From the NCBI RefSeq assembly GCF_009914755.1, contig NC_060927.1: 64,000 nt of DNA, one strand, 5' to 3'. The position numbers were made by a program, and so were the translations under genes. Source of the stretch: the human T2T-CHM13v2.0 reference genome, Homo sapiens. Below are positions 51,330-63,790 of the stretch, piece after piece. How positions within the stretch are numbered: the stretch's first letter is position 1; each line of letters begins with the position of its first letter. The notes beneath the pieces were generated by a model, which was given only the letters and a program-made list of their open reading frames with translations, did no database searches and was not told where the DNA came from.

Positions 51330-51600
51330 TTATTTAACAAAATTTTATGGAGTCCTGTAATACATCAAATCCTGGGCCACGACCTCAGATATAAAGATAA
51401 AGTTGGCATGGTCTTTTTCTTTGGATATTTAAAGTCTGTTGGAGAAATTGGACAAGCATCAAATCAACTGAAAGCAGTGGGACAGAGACCTAGTGTTAAT
51501 ATGGTTTGAACTAACTACTATGGAACATAGGCTAAACCTAGATATTACCAAAAAAAGAGAAAATCAAACTGTGTTTCAGATAAGTGGATTTTGAGGAGAG
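51330..51600 (-). mobile_element. L2 3' fragment
   Basis: TTATTTATTTAACAAAATTTTATGGAGTCCTGTAATACATCAA...GATATAAAGATAAA...CATGGTCTTTTTCT. Confidence 0.5.
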
Positions 51601-52654
51601 TTGTCAGCTACAAATCTGACAGTATAAGTCCCATGCACTGGGTAACAGGCCTTAAAGATGAGTGGCAGAATATGGTGTAAAATAATAAAAAATGTTTTAC
51701 TAGTTTCCCCTCATCAACTGCTATTTTTGCAAGATTATGTAAAATGTTCATAAATTGACTCTTCATTTTACAACTTCCTTTATCCCTTTTTTCCAATTTT
51801 GTCAGTTGTCTTTGCCAGAAAATGTTATCCATTTACCTACAAGGTCTGTGAGTCAGAGAATTAAAATACATGAATAAAATTTCCAAATTGCATGCATAAA
51901 AAGCTATACATTTTCTAGATGGCTGCCCATGGAATATATAATTTGTTCTTTGAAACGTCCATATTTAAACTTACAGTTGACACTTTATCCTTAATTCATG
52001 CTGCAATGCTTCTCACTTCCATACATAATAATGTGAATTAAAGATTGTATTAATCTACAGTTGCTACTGCTGTCACTTGGTTCATATATTTAATGATGAT
52101 GCATATGTTTCTCTCTGTATGATATATAAATACATGCATACATGTATCTGCATATGGTCAGTGTACATGTATACGCTCAGTGGGGTCATAAATGTGTTAA
52201 AAATGTTCGTTATGTTCAAAGTATGAATCTCAAATAAGACTCAATAGTTTATTGGCTGAAATAATTGCTATGACAAGTGCAAATAACTGGAAGACTTTAA
52301 AGTTTCAAATAATGTTTCATGCACACACTTAAATTGACCATCTATACCTTCAATGCCACATGTACTAGCAACCAAGACAATAACATGCATTTTGCTAATC
52401 CAACCATAATGTTATTCTGAGCAGTTACTTTATTGATGAGGTAAAACTCCAATTCATTTATTCCAGTAGAGTATTATAACTAGAGAAATTAAATATTTAT
52501 TCTAAAAGTCAGTAGAGATGTGTGCACAAATAAAGTTGTTTGTAGAGCAAGCAGTAATCTGAGAGAAGCAGACATTTAAAGGTGTGCCCAGAGTATTTAC
52601 TTGATTTATTATATGTTAAACAGCAAGTTAAAAATTCTGATCACATATTTTAAT

Positions 52655-52983
52655 GATGAAAATAATATATGTTCATGGTTTTTGAAAACGTAAATATTGG
52701 CCGGGCACAGTGGTTCATGCCTGTAATCCCAGCACTTTGGGAGGCCGAGGCGGGCGGATCACGAGGTCAGGAGATCGAGACCATCATGCCTAACACGGTG
52801 AAACCCCGTCTCTAGTGAAAAATACAAAAAAAATTAGCCAGGCGTGGTGGCGGGCGCCTGTAGTCCCAGCTACTCGGGAGGCTGAGGCAGGAGAATGGCG
52901 TGAACCCAGGAGGGTGGAGCTTGCCGTGAGCCAAGATCGCGCCACTGCACTCCAGCCTGGGCTACAGAGCGAGACTCCGTCTC

Positions 52984-53016
<33 letters not shown>

Positions 53017-53345
53017 ATTGAAGAGCATGTAAGTGAAAAAGTAAAAATCCAACCCATTTCTCCATGTCACATACTGTACTCATACCCTAGAGAAAAAGCA
53101 TTTAAAATAGTTTATTGGATATCCTTCCAGGAACTATCTGTGTATATTTAAACAGAATATGGCTAATACTTTTTTCTGTGCAAATAGGATGATACTTTTC
53201 AGATTGTTCTGTAATTTGCCTTTTTCTCTTAATCCTATGTCTTAGACAACTAAGTATCAGAACATATGCATCTACCTAATTCATTTTAGTAAATATAAAA
53301 AAATTGAATTTGTTCACTGTTATGGATTATCTTTGATGGGCATTG
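52655..53345 (-). mobile_element. L1ME/L1MC-type 3' fragment split by the AluY
   Basis: GAAAATAATATATGTTCATGG...GTGAAAAAGTAAAAATCC...CCCTAGAG...TATCCTTCCAG...AAATAGGATGATAC...TTGTTCTGTAATTTGCCTTTTTC. Confidence 0.6.
52699..53010 (+). mobile_element. AluY, full length, with TSD
   Basis: Y diagnostics GGATCACGAGGTCAGGAGATCGAGACCATC, CTAACACGGTG, GAATGGCGTGAACCC and GGAGCTTGC. Many CpGs retained; pure A27 tail; GTAAATATT at 52690-52698 and 53011-53019. Confidence 0.97.
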
Positions 53346-53449
53346 TAGTTAGCATTTTGGCTTTTATCGTACCCATTTTTGACTTAATGGATACATTGTT
53401 GTCAAAGTCAGTTGTTCAATTTAAGATCTGAGGATAGGTTTGGTTGATC

Positions 53450-53680
53450 TCCTTGAAACGTATTGAATAGAGACATGGACACTGGAGTTACCCCCACTAG
53501 TTAGTGATATCACTTCAGACAGGAGGGGTTAACTCCCCGTGTCTCAGTAATTGGATTTGTAGGACAAATATGTTTTTTAAAAAGGCACATTAGCCCTTGG
53601 CATACGAGGTGGTCAGAAGAATCCACTGAAGCAATATATGTTGATGTGTTTTGAAAAAGATGAAATATTTTTTAAACAAA
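53450..53680 (+). mobile_element. MIR fragment
   Basis: CCCCACTAGTTAGTGATATCACTTCAGACAG...TTAACTCCCCGTGTCTCAGT...TTGTAGGA...GAAGCAATATATG. Confidence 0.45.
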
Positions 53681-54749
53681 GTATATTAGGCACTGGTACT
53701 CTTGGTAGAGTCATAAACTATTAGCTCAAACTGGACAATGTTATATGCCTCAGTCACGGAAAACCTTAAAGTAATTTTTTCATTAAGCTTTATTTGATTT
53801 AAGATTTAAGGGAAGGTTGAGATCCCACTGAAGAACAGGCAAGATAGAGTAGATCAATTTATTTCTCCTTGCTTTTTTAGTTACTTTTATTGAAAGTGTC
53901 CCTGTGGGTCTCACCAAAGCAATCCTACTGTTGGAAGAGCTTTGGAAGTGTCTTTTTTTTTTAGTTTTCTTTGTCTAGGGTATACTGGGGATAGGGAGGA
54001 ATAGGGCAAATTAGACACGAAATCTAACCATGTTGCTATGGTCAATTTGGGAAAGACAGGGTGTTGAAAGAGCTAAGCAGGGAAAGTACATAATACATAC
54101 AACACCTCACAACATTCCTGACAGGCACATAGGCACTCAGATGTTAATTCCTGCAAGCAACATAGATCAGCAAATTAATTGAATGCATTAAAGGCGCGGG
54201 TAATGTAAATATAGTAAAACAGAAAAAAAACCTCTCAAGATACTTTTACCATAAAACTATAGAAATGTTATAAGAAATAAACAAGCATGTGCATGTATGT
54301 GTGTATGTTTTGGTGAACTGATAATATGCTAGTTTTGAGCACTGCTTATTTTCAAAAAGTTCAGTTCCTCAATAAAAGCTCCATTTTATGAATGTTTGTA
54401 GTTTATGGACTTTTGCTCTTGGGAGAAAATAGTAAAATAACTGTAGGTATTTTATCTATTCACTCCATGCCTCGGGCAGCCCCCAGGAGAGCAGGAAAGG
54501 GAACATGTGTGGCCAGGCAAATTTTATTGTGTACTCAAAGCTTACCTTTTTTTTTTTTTTCTTTTTGCATTGTTCTTACCACCCATGATTTTAAAATGGT
54601 ATGAGAATTTTTCAAACTATGTCCTCATGTCTTATCGCCTTGCTTATAATGCCCTTCATTCCCCCACCCCCCGCTCCCAGCTTTAAGTATTTACAGCTAA
54701 TTCAGTTTCTTTGAAAGAAATCTGAAATCACTCAGCAGGTATAAAAATA

Positions 54750-55103
54750 TATATACTAATACATGTACTAATACAAAGAGATCTCCTGAATATATTGTTG
54801 AGTTAAAAAAAGTAATGTGCAAAACAGCAAATATAGAAAGCTGTCTTTTAAGAAAGAGAGGGAATAAATAAATATATATGTATAATTTATAATTGCTAAT
54901 GTCTACAGAAATAATTTCCTTCATTTTACATAAAGAATGTGGAAAGGATACACACGAAAACAAAGAGTGGTTACCATAGGATTGGGGATGAGAGGTAGGA
55001 ACAGGGAAGCTAAGGGTGGATGAGGGAGAAGCATGATTTTTTACTGTACTTTGGTTTTTATTGTTTGGATTTCTCAACTTTGTGAATGAATTACATATTA
55101 AAA
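54750..55103 (+). mobile_element. L1ME4-like 3' end
   Basis: AAAGAGATCTCCTGAATATATTGTTGAGTTAAAAAAAG...GGAAAGGATACACACGAAAAC...GTGGTTACC...TTTTACTGTACTTTG...TGAATTACATATTAAAAA. Confidence 0.7.
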
Positions 55104-55159
55104 AGAGACCATTACATTTGAGAAAAACATTCAAAAATCCATAGTTGAGGCAGCAAAAT

Positions 55160-55345
55160 GCTGTGAAAACATTGGCTATAAACCTGAGGAGCATGAGGTT
55201 TTTGTAGCAGATACGCTACTGTTGCCTGTAACTTGGAACAAGTTACTGAGACTTTCACTCTGCCTGGCCTCAGTGTCCTCACCTGCTCCAGATAAGGAGG
55301 TTGCAGCTGATTATCTCATGCCCTAGATGTCATTCTGAGCTATAT
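55160..55345 (+). mobile_element. MIR3/MIRc-like fragment
   Basis: CTGTAACTTGGAACAAGTTAC...TCTGCCTGGCCTCAGTGTCCTCACCTG...GATTATCTC. Confidence 0.5.
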
Positions 55346-55474
55346 TTTAATTGATCTAAGATTGTGCATAATCCAGAGTTATTGGATTAGCGCCATAGGC
55401 CACTCACTGAAAGTATGGAAACATGTTCTAGTATATTTTACATCCAAAAAACTTGTCATAATGTTTTTCATTCA

Positions 55475-55757
55475 TTTGTTTTTTTGTTTTTTGAGACGGA
55501 ATCTTGCTCTGTCGCCTAGGCTGGAGTGCAGTGGCACGATTTTGGCTCACGGCAATCTCTGCCTCATGGGATTCAGCGATTCTCCAGCCTCAGCCTCCTG
55601 AGTTGTTGAGATTACAGGCATCCATGACCATGCCAGGCTAATTTTTGTATTTTTAGTAGAGACAGAGTTTCACCATCTTGGCCAGGCTGGTCTCGAACTC
55701 CTGACCTCAACTGATCTGCCCACCTCAGCCTCCCAAAGTGCTAGGATTACAGGCATG
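55475..55757 (-). mobile_element. AluS (Sz/Sx-like), slightly 5'-truncated
   Basis: T-rich tail and antisense dimer ending GGATTACAGGCATG. AATGTTTTT occurs on both flanks. Confidence 0.93.
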
Positions 55758-55934
55758 TTACAATGTTTTTTTGAAGAGATCTGTTTTATAATATTCTGGT
55801 AATGTTTCTTAAAGGTAGAAACTTTGCTTAAAATAATCTGTGTAAAATATTTGATTATGTAGCAGGTTTCCCTAGAGGAATTTAACTTTTCAATAAAATT
55901 TTAGCACTAATAAATATGCACTGATAGGAGTCAT

Positions 55935-56110
55935 AAAATGTATGGAGCACTGATTATGTGCTAGGTAATGTACTCAGAACTTTACATCTATAATTTTCAC
56001 ACCAGTTGACAATAAGTTGCTTTTGTCTACATTTTCACTTGAGGAAATAAGCCTTAGAGACTTTTAGATTATAGAATAGATATTCTAGGTGTAAAACTTG
56101 AGTTTCAACA
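55935..56110 (-). mobile_element. MIR fragment
   Basis: TGTATGGAGCACTGATTATGTGCTAGG...CATTTTCACTTGAGGAAATAAGCCTTAGAGA. Confidence 0.65.
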
Positions 56111-56374
56111 GAATATGTTGAAAAGTAAGGAAGGTGAATATTAACATCTCTCCATGGAAAATGGTAGTTGTATTCTGTCTGGAAGCCACAAAGGACTAGG
56201 TAATTTCCTGGAGTATTTTCATTGACAGACTGGGTCTGAGAGAGGATATAGATCATGGGAGCTTCTTTTATCTACCTCCTCTCCCACAGGCATGCTCAAC
56301 AGGGACATACAGAGGGAAGTGGCCACACTGAGATACCTACCCCATGATTCTTATATAAATAGGAGAAAGAAAGA

Positions 56375-56945
56375 TGCACACACACAGACCGTACCTAGAG
56401 GCAGAGAGCGAGAGGCAGAGACAGAGACAGAAAGGCAGACAGAGAGAAAGACAGAGAAATAGAGTGAGAAACAGAGAGAGGAGAGAGAGACAGAGAGAAA
56501 GACACCTTCAGAAACCCAAAGTCAGAGACAGCCACTATAGACTTTGTAATATGATCAGAAAGGAACACAGGCACACAGAGGGATCACATGGTGTCAAAGA
56601 CATTCTGAAGAAGAGAGACTCATAAATGAAGATTTGTAAATATATACAACAGATAGAAAACATTTTAGAAGCACACATCTGGCCAGAGAGATAAACAAGG
56701 CATAGCAAGTCACGCAAATAAGCATCAGCAAGACAAAATTAGGCAGAGTATCATACATACACAGACATATACACAGAAAACAAAGTGAATGATATGAATC
56801 TCCACATGGGAAGAATGAAACATGTTAAACTAGACAAAAGAATACACACATTAACACAAAACAAATATATAGACAGAGGCAGAAATGACATTTATGCACA
56901 CAAACATAGACATACACACACATAACAAGACAGACATAGATACCC
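56375..56945. repeat. Decayed GA/CA-rich low-complexity tract (~570 bp)
   Basis: (GA)/(GACA)-rich core at 56398-56503, followed by an A-rich, T-poor run with scattered ACACA/AGAC units up to ~56945. Confidence 0.65.
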
Positions 56946-57025
56946 ATAGTCTGACAACAAGAAGAATCAGACTTTATTTCTGGCTATAATAATAGTTCAA
57001 AAGCCGCCCCACTTCCCTGGCTTCT

Positions 57026-57078
57026 GCACTCGGCAGGGGGCCAAGAATTCCTTGTTTCCCAGGCCACAGATGGCGCCA
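57026..57078 (+). promoter_or_regulatory. Two co-oriented CTCF-like motifs
   Basis: GCACTCGGCAGGGGGCCAA at 57026-57044 and CAGGCCACAGATGGCGCCA at 57060-57078, compared with the core CCASYAGRKGGCRS. GC box CCGCCCC and ETS-like ACTTCC lie just upstream. Confidence 0.55.
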
Positions 57079-57861
57079 TCACCCTTGGATCATGGTGCCT
57101 CATTCTTACTGTATTTTTCTACTTCTGTTTATTTCATTATGTTCTAGTGAGCACATTTCTCTTACTCTTTAGCATTTATTCCCCATCAATATATCTTGAT
57201 AATTTCCACATCTTCCTTACAATACATTCCTTAATTTTCTTAAAAATATGTTATAAATCACTGCAGGTTGGGTTCGTTGTTTTATCTAAAAATGATTTTC
57301 TTCTCCCAGCCTTAGTTTTACTAAAGTCTGATATAACATTGTACAAGATAGTAGGGTGGGCATTTTTTGGTAATATGTGGACCTCAAAGAATCTAGAATA
57401 TTGTCAGTACTAGATAAATTTTAAACCAACATGGTACAAAATATTTTGAGATAGAGATTATTTATTGACTAAATTTCTAAGTACATAGATATTTTAATGG
57501 CATACAGAGGTATATACATATGCATAGTTGAGTTTATATATATATATATGTAAAATATAAATGTGTTTATCTATAAGAGTGTATGTATAATCTCTCATCT
57601 ATTTACAGTATTCTTACAAAATAAAGCTTTGTTTGGGAGTAGACCGTACTGTTTCTTCCCGGCATTGTCTTCTCAAAGAGAAATTAACATTTGAGTTGAG
57701 CTTATAGTATCAAACATTTCCATCTGTTGTGCCTCATAGCTAAGCATGTACACAATGTGATAAATTTTATACATATATGTACAACTTTTCATTTTACTCC
57801 CCAGTGAGAGGTAGAAGAGGAAAGGGTCAAAATCCTACAAATAGAAAAAGGGTCTGGACTT

Positions 57862-58027
57862 CAAGTTTTCCTTAAAATGTGGTACATAGACCTCATTCAA
57901 CATTAAATTGCTGAATTCTAGGCTCTACCCTGACCAACCTCAGAGGATAAGAGGGTTAGTAAATGTCATTTTTAATAAGCTCCCTAGGTATTTTTTTTAT
58001 GCACATTCATGTTGGAGAAGCACTTTC
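57862..58027. mobile_element. MER5A/B (hAT-Charlie MITE)
   Basis: CAAGTTTTCCTTAAAATGTGGTACATAGACC...GAATTCTAGGCTCTACCC...TTTTAATAAGCTCCCTAGGT...ATGCACATTCATGTTGGAGAAGCACT. Confidence 0.65.
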
Positions 58028-58654
58028 TAGAGAACAGAATTTTATTGATTTTTATACAGGGATTAAATCTGAAAGGTATGTTCCAATGCAGAGGGAGGGC
58101 CATGAGGGTAAGTATTATGGCTGTGAGTTTTGTACATTGAAATTGCCCTGAATATCCCTATGTGTTCAGTTTTCTTTCCTTCTTTTTTTTAAGTACCAAA
58201 CCATTTTGATCTTTCTGTGATCTTGTTCTCATATGTTTTCTCCCTGCTCTTCTGATTAACAAGAAATATCCAGAATAATTAAGCTGCCAACAGAAACAAA
58301 TTTCTACTTCATTTCAACAAAATAGTATTGAAAATCATTCTTTCTCAATGGAAAGTTATCTTTAGGTGACTCGCAAAGGAGAAGTGAACCCATGTATCAT
58401 ATGTGTGTAATACACACACACACACACAAAACCCATATACATAAATATGTGTAGTATTTATATTTATAAATCAAACACTACTGCCGTGCTTAATAGTATA
58501 TGAATCATTCTGGCCTAATTATTTGTAACTAAAACATAGGATACTATTTCTTAACCTGTATCAGAAAAAATGAATTTTAATACTAAGTAAATACAGATAC
58601 ATTCATATTCAAAGGAAATATATATAGGAATGGTAACTTAGAAAACAGATATGG

Positions 58655-58950
<296 letters not shown>

Positions 58951-60309
58951 GAAGAAAGATATTGGAGTGATTATTCCCTTATAAGACTTGTTTACCCAAG
59001 TAATTCACCATCGAGTACTCAAAATTGCAGCTTCTCTTAGTGTATTTAAAATTTACAAGCATTAATTCATGTGCAAATTTTTAAAAACATCTCTTGCCTA
59101 AAGTCAACTGTATATTTTTATTGCTTTAAATTTTAATACAGCTGTTTCTATCTTTCTATACTAAAATAAAAAGTCTGTGATATTCAGGACATGGCTGTTT
59201 ATCTAAATGTGAAATATTTCACAAAATCAAATGTGATTTCCACATATTCTTAAAAATACACTTTTTTGTAGAAACACTGGAGACTAAATGGAAATGCATT
59301 TATATTGGTAAAGATATTTTTCTTCAAAGGCAATCTTGGCTTCCAATAGTTAATATTAGTATTAAATATGGTATCTTTGATAAATGTTATTATTCTGGAC
59401 TCTTACAAAAAGTAGCTTGATTTGAGACATTTTAATAGCTTAAAGGGAAGAATGAAAATATAAGGAAGGAAAAATCCATAAAGCATGAGGCCTCTTATCC
59501 CATATTGATTCTTGTAATCCAGCAACCATTAGATACTTAAATAAGCCTCTTTTAAGATGGCATGTTTACATTTTGAAGATCAAATACCTTAATTTGCTCA
59601 TGGGTTTCCCAAACACAATTAGTACACAAGATAGAAGGTAGGCTTTCAGTGACCATGTTTCCGATGTTTTTGAGCTGACCACAGCAAAGGTGCATTGTAA
59701 ATCAAATTATGCTCAAGCAATTGCTTCTTGCAGTGTTGGTGAACATAAATGCCTTTTAAACGTGATCACAGATTATGAAAATAGAGCTAGAACATTGAAG
59801 CTGGTGAGTAATAAAATGAGTAAAAATATTTTAATAGTCAAATAATTGAAAAATATAACTTCATCCAGAATCTCTTTCTTATTTTCCATAAAAAATATTG
59901 GCTTTTTAACTGGATAAAATTTTAGAAATACAGCTTTGTCCCAAACCTGCCCATTTTCTCCTTAATGAGTATTATTACAATGGAAATAAAGAGTTCTGTG
60001 ACATTTTACCTTTAAATTTTCTGTATTTTTTTTCTAATGCTATAAACCCAGACTTGACATTTTGCAAAAAAAAAAAAAAAGAAAAAGAAAAAGTTTATTT
60101 TTATCTTTACTTGCTGGTAATCAATTTCAAATATATAGTGACTAAATATTAAATAGTAAATGGATAAAAAATTTATTAAATACATTTAGAACCCTCACTT
60201 TTTAAAATGCAACATAAAATATCAATTGATTTTCTACTGCAACTGTTCCACTGTCAATTAACCTATTTTTTTAGTTTTTAATTTACTGTGTGATAGCAAA
60301 AATTTTTAA

Positions 60310-60688
60310 TATTTATTGTGTCCTCAACATATACCAGACTCTATTCTAAGAGCTATACATATATTACTGCCTTTAATTTCATAAATGATCCTATGAAATT
60401 GGTATAAATTATTTCTATTCCCAATTAACTAATGAAAAAAAATCAAGAGCTAGAGTTGTTAAGTAACTGACCAAAAGTCTAACAGCAGGTAGAGTGGTGG
60501 AGTCAGGAAACAAAATCAAGAAATCTTACTCCTGCTGGATGCAGTGGCTTGAGCTTGTAGTTCCAGCTGCTGGAGAGGCTGAGGCAGGAGGATCGCTTGA
60601 GCCCAGGAGTTGGAGGCTGTAGTGTGCCATGATCACACCTGTGAATAGCCACTACCATAATCCAGCCTGGGTTACACAGCAAGACCTC

Positions 60689-60721
<33 letters not shown>

Positions 60722-60755
60722 CCTGATTCCAGAACCTGTGTTCTTCATAGCCAGT
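60310..60755 (-). mobile_element. MIR split by the FAM insertion
   Basis: TTTATTGTGTCCTCAACATATACCAGAC...GTTAAGTAACTGACCAAAAGTC...GTGGTGGAGTCAGGA before FAM; TGATTCCAGAACCTGTGTTCTT after it. Confidence 0.75.
60534..60719 (+). mobile_element. FAM (fossil Alu monomer)
   Basis: Single monomer with the 7SL-derived segment GGAGGCTGTAGTGTGCCATGATCACACCTGTGAATAGCCACT, absent from dimeric Alus; A27 tail. Confidence 0.85.
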
Positions 60756-60772
60756 AAGAAAGAAAGGATGTT

Positions 60773-61123
<351 letters not shown>

Positions 61124-61279
61124 TTAAAAAGAAGCGTGAAGTGTGCATGCACTTTTTTCCTGAAAATAATACAAATACAGCCAGTCCTTTGTGTTGTAAC
61201 CAGGCTTCTTTTCTTTAGTAGTCCCCACTACTTCCAGCTCACTTAATGCCTATTACATTAAACTTCCACATTACACGTG

Positions 61280-61505
61280 AAAAGCCTTTGCAGAGCTTTC
61301 ACAAACACCATCATATTTGATCCTACCACAATCTCCCAAGGTGGATAGAACACATTGTCCCTTCCTTTTCACAGCCAAAGAAATGAAGGCTCAGAGATAG
61401 AAAATGACTTGAACAATGTCATATAGATTATCACCTAAAATGTAAGAGGCAGAGTTCAAACCAGAACCCAAGGCTTCTGTTAATAACTTGGGCTCTTTGA
61501 CTACA
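61280..61505 (-). mobile_element. MIR
   Basis: CATATTTGATCCTACCACAATC...TTTTCACAGCCAAAGAAATGAAGGCTCAGAGATAGAAAATGACTTG...AGAACCCAAGGCTTCTG. Confidence 0.75.
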
Positions 61506-62006
61506 GAATTTAGCACCTGTAATTCAGGGATGAGCCCTCTCATGCTGGTGAGGCCTCTGTGTACTGTGGGAGCAACTGACTCACAGCTTCACAATCTGGG
61601 CATAATGTACGGTGTTCCACACTCCGCCCATCCTTCCTTGGATTAAGCAATAAACTAAAGTTCAAATTCAAACTTTCATATTTGAATAGAACACATTTTC
61701 TATATTTTTCCCAACTGCCTCACCTCCATGCAGCTAATCTAGTTCTGATTTCTCAGCATCTCTATTGAGGACAAGGCACCTGTGAGCTTCATTCCTTCTG
61801 CAGAGCACAGTCCCTACCCTTGTCTTTTTTTAATCCTTTGTTGTCATAACCATGCCTTTCTTTCCTCATACCATAGGAGGCACATCTTGCTCTCTACCTT
61901 CCAACTACATTTATAATTGTTTCTTTTATTTTTTTCTTCATCATGGTACCTTATGCCATGTAATAAAAGAGCAACAGATTTACCCTGAGTGGTTAGGTAG
62001 TTTCAA

Positions 62007-62074
62007 ATATATATATGTGTGTATATATGTGTGTGTGTATATATATACATATGTGTGTGTGTGTATGTATGTAT
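62007..62074. repeat. Mixed (TA)/(TG) microsatellite
   Basis: ATATATATATGTGTGTATATATGTGTGTGTGTATATATATACATATGTGTGTGTGTGTATGTATGTAT. Confidence 0.85.
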
Positions 62075-62289
62075 CCCAGTGAAGCACTCCTCTTGGATTT
62101 TAACTACCATTCTATTATTCTCCCTAAAGTAGTTGCACAGAATAGTGTGAATGGTGTGAATTCCAGAATAATACAGAGCTGCATCCATATCCTGGCTTCC
62201 CATTTATTAGATAGAGGATATTGGACAAATTTATCATCTTTCTAAGCCCTAGATTCTTTCTCAACCACCCACAATTCAGTGATAATTAT

Positions 62290-62800
62290 CATTACTCTCA
62301 CTGTATTCTCTTTATAGATCAGGCATTATACTAGGTATTTCACGTTTAGAATATTGAATTGTTACGAAAATTTTATTATGCAAGTATTATTCTGATTTAC
62401 GTTTAAAGAAACTAATAATAGAGAGGATAAGAAAGCTACCAAGGTCATATAGCTGGCAGGTAATTGAGTGGGGACAACCTAATTCTAAAATTCTTCTTTT
62501 TTAAGTGCATATCATACTAGAAGGTACATGTGTGAGTATGGTTGTGTGTGTGTGTGTGTTTGTGTATTAAGGATTTAGTTTGAGTTAATGGATAGAAGAG
62601 AGGTGAAGGGCAAAACAAATATTTAACTAAACTTCTCTATGCTAATCCCTGTAGGAGGCACTTTTAATTATTATCACAATATTTTTAGAAGAGTATGGCA
62701 TTGTCTCCTGAGATGCTGTGAGATTAGAAAACATGTCAAAGGTTACACAGCTAGCATATGAAAGAGCCCAAAATCCAAACCTGTATATGTCTGTCTCTAA
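62290..62800 (-). mobile_element. Two antisense MIR fragments (~62290-62480 and ~62620-62800)
   Basis: CAGGCATTATACTAGG...AAGAAACTAATAATAGAGAGGATAAG...CCAAGGTCATATAGCTGG, and GTCAAAGGTTACACAGCTAGCATATGAAAGAGCCCAAAATCCAAACC. Confidence 0.6.
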
Positions 62801-63604
62801 GCCCTTTATGACACAGACAAATTATCAATTAGTATTAATGTATAATTTAGGAAATACCTTTTAGAGTCTTACACTTCTAGATTTGGAAATATCTTTGAGA
62901 ATAATTCAGAGGTGATAACAAACATATAAGTTGTCTACAGTCGTTAAAAACGGTATCTGCATAGAGTACTGTGACTGGGTGTGGTAGCCCCACTGATGCT
63001 AAACATTAACTCTTTAGTTTCTTAATCATGCTACAGTAAGGGTATCCTGGGAAATTGGCCCAGCCAAAGCAACTTGGACGCTTGAGTAGAAGGACTCTGG
63101 AAGTTCTGGGTAATCGTTATTCACCAACCTGTACAAGCATTTCACTCTCTCATTGGCCTATATGACTATCCATTAGCCCTAGCTACTCTTGTCCTTACTT
63201 TACATCTGGTTAATTATTTAATTTTTCCAAGCTTTAAGTATTTATTCCGCACACCACCCAATTTAATGATATCCACTACTGAGAAGTTATGCAATTTAAC
63301 TGATATTACTTATTTAGTTTGAACTCTAGGATCTTTTGTCCTTCCAAATCCATTGGCTTGTTTTTAAGTTTCTTCTGTTTTTTTTTTTTTCTTTTAAAGG
63401 CACTTCAATAAATATTTTTCTTTATTTTAATTTAAATTTCAATTGCATCTAGATGAAGTGTTGCTTGGGGTAGTGCTAACGGCTTTCCAGTTGTAATATG
63501 ATTATTAAAAAAACAATTGATTTATGGTTTGCTTAAAACAGGTCTATGCTACACCCACACCCAATTTTTCCTTTTCTCTGCTTGTCTTTATTGCTATGTG
63601 ACTT

Positions 63605-63790
63605 ATTGTATAGGAGCTAACCAGACTGGGTGAGAGGAAAACTGAGATCTAGACCTAGCTCTGCTTCTGACTAGCTGTGAGTCCTAGGCAAAATCTGTTA
63701 AACACTCTATTTTTGTTTCTTCACCTGTGAAATGAGGAGTTCGATAGTCACTCAGTAGGGTCATTTCTAGCTCTAGCGTCCTATGAATCT
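63605..63790 (+). mobile_element. MIR3/MIRc-like element
   Basis: CTAGACCTAGCTCTGCTTCTGACTAGCTGTGAGTCCTAGGCAA...TTTCTTCACCTGTGAAATGAGGAGTT...TTTCTAGCTCTAGCGTCCTATGAATCT. Confidence 0.75.

Noticed and set aside
54022-54033. ATCTAACCATGT, matching the 3' half of miR-218
   Set aside because: The seed and 5' half (TTGTGCTTG) are absent and I see no precursor hairpin; chance 12-mer.
54697-55194. 165-aa minus-strand ORF
   Set aside because: It lies antisense over an L1ME 3' fragment, has F/L/S-biased composition and shows no recognisable domain.
58060-58107. 48-nt plus-strand exon-like segment ending AGG/GTAAGT
   Set aside because: It has an internal competing donor, adjoins a MER5 element and gives no recognisable peptide; within chance expectation.
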